Position numbers and translations under genes: made by a program. A stretch of 64,000 nucleotides of DNA, taken from NCBI GenBank assembly GCA_965223345.1, contig CBDCWG010000012.1, forward strand, positions 2,784,001 to 2,848,000, given 5' to 3'. Below, in pieces: positions 60,524 through 64,000 of the stretch (positions are counted from its first letter, which is position 1; every line of letters begins with the position of its first letter). Below the pieces are notes generated by a model that had not been told where the DNA came from, searched no databases, and saw only the letters and a list, made by a program, of their open reading frames with translations. This stretch comes from Nitrospinales bacterium (GTDB taxonomy: Bacteria > Nitrospinota > Nitrospinia > Nitrospinales > VA-1).

Positions 60524-62734
60524 ATGAAAGCCAAACTACCGCGCTCCGCAGGGGGCTGGGGCGCGCTGCTCTATTCCCTGAAACAATCCCGGCGTGCGGG
60601 CGGCCTGTGGCCGCTGATGCGCGCCCTGATGAGCAAGAACAGCTGCAAGAGCTGCGCGCTCGGCATGGGCGGGCAGTCGGGCGGCATGCGCAACGAGCGC
60701 GGCCATTTTCCCGAAGTGTGCAACAAGTCCATCGTGGCGCAGGCCTCGGACATGCAGGGCATCCTGCCGGTGAATTTTTTCCAGGAGCACGACGTGGACA
60801 CGCTGAGCCGCTGGACGCCGCGCGAACTGGAAACCAGCGGCCGGCTGGTGCAGCCGGTGCTGTGCGAAGCGGGTGACACGCATTACCGGGCGGTGTCCTG
60901 GCAGGAAGCGCTTCAGCGGGTCGCGGATCGCCTGAAGACCACCACCGCCGACCGCACCTTCTTCTACGCGAGCGGCCGTTCCTCCAACGAAGCGGGGTTT
61001 CTGCTGCAACTGTTCGCCCGGTTGTACGGAACCAACAACGTCAACAACTGTTCGTACTACTGCCATCAGGCTTCGGGCGTCGGGCTCACGCAGAGCCTGG
61101 GAACCGGAACGGCCACCGTGCGCCTGGAAGACCTGGATGCCACCGACCTGATGTTCCTGATCGGCGCCAACCCGCCGTCGAACCACCCGCGCTTCATGCG
61201 CACGCTGATGGAAATCCGCCGCCGCGGCGGCAAGGTGATCGTGATCAACCCGGCGCGCGAACGCGGGCTGGAAAATTTCAGCGTGCCCTCCGACGTGCGC
61301 AGCCTACTGTTCGGCTCGGACATCGCCAGCACGTTTTTACAGCCGCACATCGGCGGCGACATCCCGCTGCTCAAGGGCATCGCCAAAGCGCTGTTCGAGA
61401 TCGCCGAAGACGAACCGGACGTGCTCGCCACCGATTTCATCCTGCAGTTCACCGACGACTACGCCGCCTTCAAAGCGGATCTCGACGGCTGCAAGTGGCA
61501 GGAGCTGGTGGAAGCGTCGGGCATATCGCACGAGGCGATCGTGGATGCGGCGCGCCAGTACGCCGCCGCCAAGAACGTGGTGTTCGCGTGGGCGATGGGC
61601 ATCACGCATCACGCGCACGGGGTGGAGAACGTGGAGTCGATCGTCAACCTGGCGCTGCTGCGCGGCATGGTCGGGCGCAAGGACGCGGGCCTATTGCCGC
61701 TGCGCGGGCACAGCAACGTGCAGGGCATCGGTTCGGTGGGCGTCACGCCGCAACTGAAGCAGGCGGTGTTCGACAACCTGGAATCGAATTACGGCATGAG
61801 CCTGCCGACCGATAAGGGTCTCGACACGCTGGGCTGCATGGAAGCGGCGCAAGCAGGCCGGTTCGATTTCGCCTGGAACCTGGGCGGCAACCTGTACGGT
61901 TCCAACCCCGACTCGGCGTTCGCGAAAGCGGCGTTGGAGAACATCGATTTCATCCTGTACATGAACACGACGCTCAACCAGGGGCATTTCAACGGGCGCG
62001 GGCAGACGACGCTCATCCTGCCGGTGCTGGCGCGCGACGAGGAGCCGGAACCGACGACGCAGGAGAGCATGTTCAATTTCGTGCGCGTGAGCGAGGGCGG
62101 ACCGCCGCGCTACCTGGGTCCGCGCAGCGAGGTGGGCGTGATCGCCGAGATCGCCGGGAAGGTGCTGGAACCGGAGCCGATCGACTGGCGCGAGCTCGGC
62201 AAGACCGGCAACGTGCGGAAGATGATCGGCAAGGTGCTGCCCGGTTTCGAGAAAATAAAAGATATAGACAAAACGGGCGAGGAGTTCCACATCGCGGGGC
62301 GCACCCTGCACACGCCGCAGTTTCCAACCGCCAACGGCAAGGCGCGCTTCACCGTGTGCGCGGTTCCGGACATGGCGCACGGCCAGCCGCAGGGCAACGG
62401 CAACCGCTTCCGCCTGATGACCGTGCGTTCGGAAGGCCAGTTCAACACGGTGGTGTACGACCTCGACGACAAGTACCGCGGCATCCCGACGCGCAACGCG
62501 GTGCTGATGAGCCCGGAAGACATGCAGGCGCAGGGGCTGAACGAAGGCGAGAAAGTGCGGGTGGCCAGCGAGACGGGCCGCATGCAGGGGCTCACGCTGT
62601 TCCCCTTCCCCATCAAGCCGGGCAACATCATGATGTACTATCCCGAAGCCAACGTGCTGGTGCCGCGCTCGCACGACGCGCAGTCCAAAACCCCTTCCTT
62701 CAAATCGATCAACGTGACGGTGGAGCGGGAGTGA
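60524..62734 (+). CDS. FdhF/YdeP-family molybdopterin oxidoreductase
   Basis: SAGGWGAL, CKSCA, FYASGRSSNEA, NCSYYCHQASG, WAMGITHH, PLRGHSNVQG, TVRSEGQFNT, YYPEANVL. Confidence 0.92.
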   Translation: MKAKLPRSAGGWGALLYSLKQSRRAGGLWPLMRALMSKNSCKSCALGMGGQSGGMRNERGHFPEVCNKSIVAQASDMQGILPVNFFQEHDVDTLSRWTPRELETSGRLVQPVLCEAGDTHYRAVSWQEALQRVADRLKTTTADRTFFYASGRSSNEAGFLLQLFARLYGTNNVNNCSYYCHQASGVGLTQSLGTGTATVRLEDLDATDLMFLIGANPPSNHPRFMRTLMEIRRRGGKVIVINPARERGLENFSVPSDVRSLLFGSDIASTFLQPHIGGDIPLLKGIAKALFEIAEDEPDVLATDFILQFTDDYAAFKADLDGCKWQELVEASGISHEAIVDAARQYAAAKNVVFAWAMGITHHAHGVENVESIVNLALLRGMVGRKDAGLLPLRGHSNVQGIGSVGVTPQLKQAVFDNLESNYGMSLPTDKGLDTLGCMEAAQAGRFDFAWNLGGNLYGSNPDSAFAKAALENIDFILYMNTTLNQGHFNGRGQTTLILPVLARDEEPEPTTQESMFNFVRVSEGGPPRYLGPRSEVGVIAEIAGKVLEPEPIDWRELGKTGNVRKMIGKVLPGFEKIKDIDKTGEEFHIAGRTLHTPQFPTANGKARFTVCAVPDMAHGQPQGNGNRFRLMTVRSEGQFNTVVYDLDDKYRGIPTRNAVLMSPEDMQAQGLNEGEKVRVASETGRMQGLTLFPFPIKPGNIMMYYPEANVLVPRSHDAQSKTPSFKSINVTVERE

Positions 62735-62964
62735 TTCCGCTCCTCCTAACGGACGGTTTTACAAGGGCTTAATATTCGGCTCTCCGTAATAATCCAGAGC
62801 TTTCGCTTGGGATTGAATCGATCGCCCTGAAATGCGAGAATCCTGAGCGAATAAAAGCGTTTTCTGAATGTCTCCCATTACGGTGGTTTTTCCTGAACAG
62901 GCTCATTTGGGCAAACAGGATTCCTATTTGAATTGCACTCAATTCAAACAGCGGGAGTTAAAAA

Positions 62965-64000
62965 ATGCTGCGCTGCCTCCTCCTTATTATTCTCTTCACC
63001 TTCTTTCCCCTGTCCGCCCTGGCGCAGTGCCCCGATGGCAGCAACCCGGTCGGTGAGATCACCAAAACATTTGAAGGTGTCGAGGTCATTCAAGGAAATG
63101 AACCTGCCAAACCCGCCGTCACAGGGGGTCTGGTCTGCCGGGGGGATACGTTCCGCACCGGCCCCGGTGGGCGCGCCCGGGTCGAATTCTTCGATCGCGG
63201 TTACGAACCGAATGAAAGCCGGTCATTCGTCAATATCGGTTCCGGCACGAAAGTCGAGATGTCGGCTTTCAGGTATGAGCCTCGAGAACGCTATCCCAAG
63301 CCGGTTCGACCCGGCATCATCGGAGCTTTGCAAAAAGTGAATCGGTTCATCGATGGAAAGATGCAGATTTTAAATGGAACGATTCGCGCGTACATAAAGA
63401 GCTGGGACATGCGTAGTAACTTTACGATACGGCATGGCGGTTCTCAGGCCAGAATTCCCGGCTCCGATGCCGCTTCGGCCTTTGATCCCGCTGAGGGCAC
63501 GAGCGTCGCCGCGACCTTTGATCCGGCCAGCGGCATGACCGAGCACCTGGTCGATCAGGGCCGTCTGGTTGTCGAGCGTCCCGACCAGAAAGAGGTTCTC
63601 GTCGAGGCGGGTCAAATGATTCGATCCCGAATAGGCGAGGAACCGGTGGTCAGCAAACTCGACCGCGCCTTGTGGAAAAAGCGGGAAGAAGCCACCGACG
63701 CACAGGACGGCAAGACACCGGAATCAGAACCGCAGGCTCAGGGCGGCCCCTGCCCCGAGGGTGACGAGGCAATCGGCACCCTTGTGTCGGTCTTCAAGAA
63801 TGTTCAGATCACGCGCGGCAACGAGCCTTACAAGACTGTCAAAAAGGGCCGTATCCTCTGCAAGGGAGACAAATTGCGCACCGGTCCGCGGGGCCGCGCC
63901 CGGATCAAATACTTTGATCGCGTCGAAGAAACCAACTCCGGCCCGACCATCGTCAATTTCGGCTCCAGCACAGAAGCCAGCATGGAGGATTTTAAATTCT
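62965..64000 (+). CDS. Secreted protein with tandem FecR-like domains (partial, runs off the window; absent from ORF track)
   Basis: ATG62965 frame stays open to the window end; signal peptide MLRCLLLIILFTFFPLSALA; repeats CRGDTFRTGPGGRARVEFFD / CKGDKLRTGPRGRARIKYFD. Confidence 0.75.
   Translation, partial: MLRCLLLIILFTFFPLSALAQCPDGSNPVGEITKTFEGVEVIQGNEPAKPAVTGGLVCRGDTFRTGPGGRARVEFFDRGYEPNESRSFVNIGSGTKVEMSAFRYEPRERYPKPVRPGIIGALQKVNRFIDGKMQILNGTIRAYIKSWDMRSNFTIRHGGSQARIPGSDAASAFDPAEGTSVAATFDPASGMTEHLVDQGRLVVERPDQKEVLVEAGQMIRSRIGEEPVVSKLDRALWKKREEATDAQDGKTPESEPQAQGGPCPEGDEAIGTLVSVFKNVQITRGNEPYKTVKKGRILCKGDKLRTGPRGRARIKYFDRVEETNSGPTIVNFGSSTEASMEDFKF

Noticed and set aside
60524..62734. Selenocysteine formate dehydrogenase
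   Set aside because: No in-frame TGA, the ligand region has Cys (CSYYCHQ), and no fdh beta/gamma subunits or fdhD are adjacent
62868..63615. ORF-track entries 62868-63056, 62933-63340 and 63370-63615
   Set aside because: They overlap the better-supported open frame starting at 62965

Overview
GC-rich bacterial chromosomal segment of mostly core genes. Gene content suggests a Nitrospina/Nitrospinota-like organism (inference, unverified). In order: small lipoprotein/SRPBCC/VOC genes; a sigma54-preceded entericidin; a small regulatory islet (LuxR-HTH, an unannotated 37-aa membrane peptide, an XRE repressor divergent from an Sm/LSm-like gene and its coupled R/S/G/W-rich peptide); Mrp/ApbC plus DUF971; a type IIA topoisomerase pair in A-then-B order (TopoIV-like) behind two NrdR-like boxes; three tandem GAF-GAF-PilB/GspE ATPases, the third with its catalytic residues replaced; dprA-topA-trmFO preceded by a TolC homologue that seems to lack its beta-barrel and by a promoter- and terminator-flanked structured ~105-nt RNA; site-2 protease, proA, LRR-NHL-LRR and GT2; the trp genes; two beta-propeller paralogues; an LRR gene; a split MoxR/Bat operon; an FdhF/YdeP molybdoenzyme; and a tandem FecR-like gene running off the right edge. 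I saw no rRNA, tRNA, CRISPR array, integrase or transposase. The best candidates for undescribed biology are the ATPase triplet with its pseudo-ATPase, the sRNA with the barrel-less TolC, and the XRE/Sm-like/peptide module. All family calls come from reading motifs; no searches were run.
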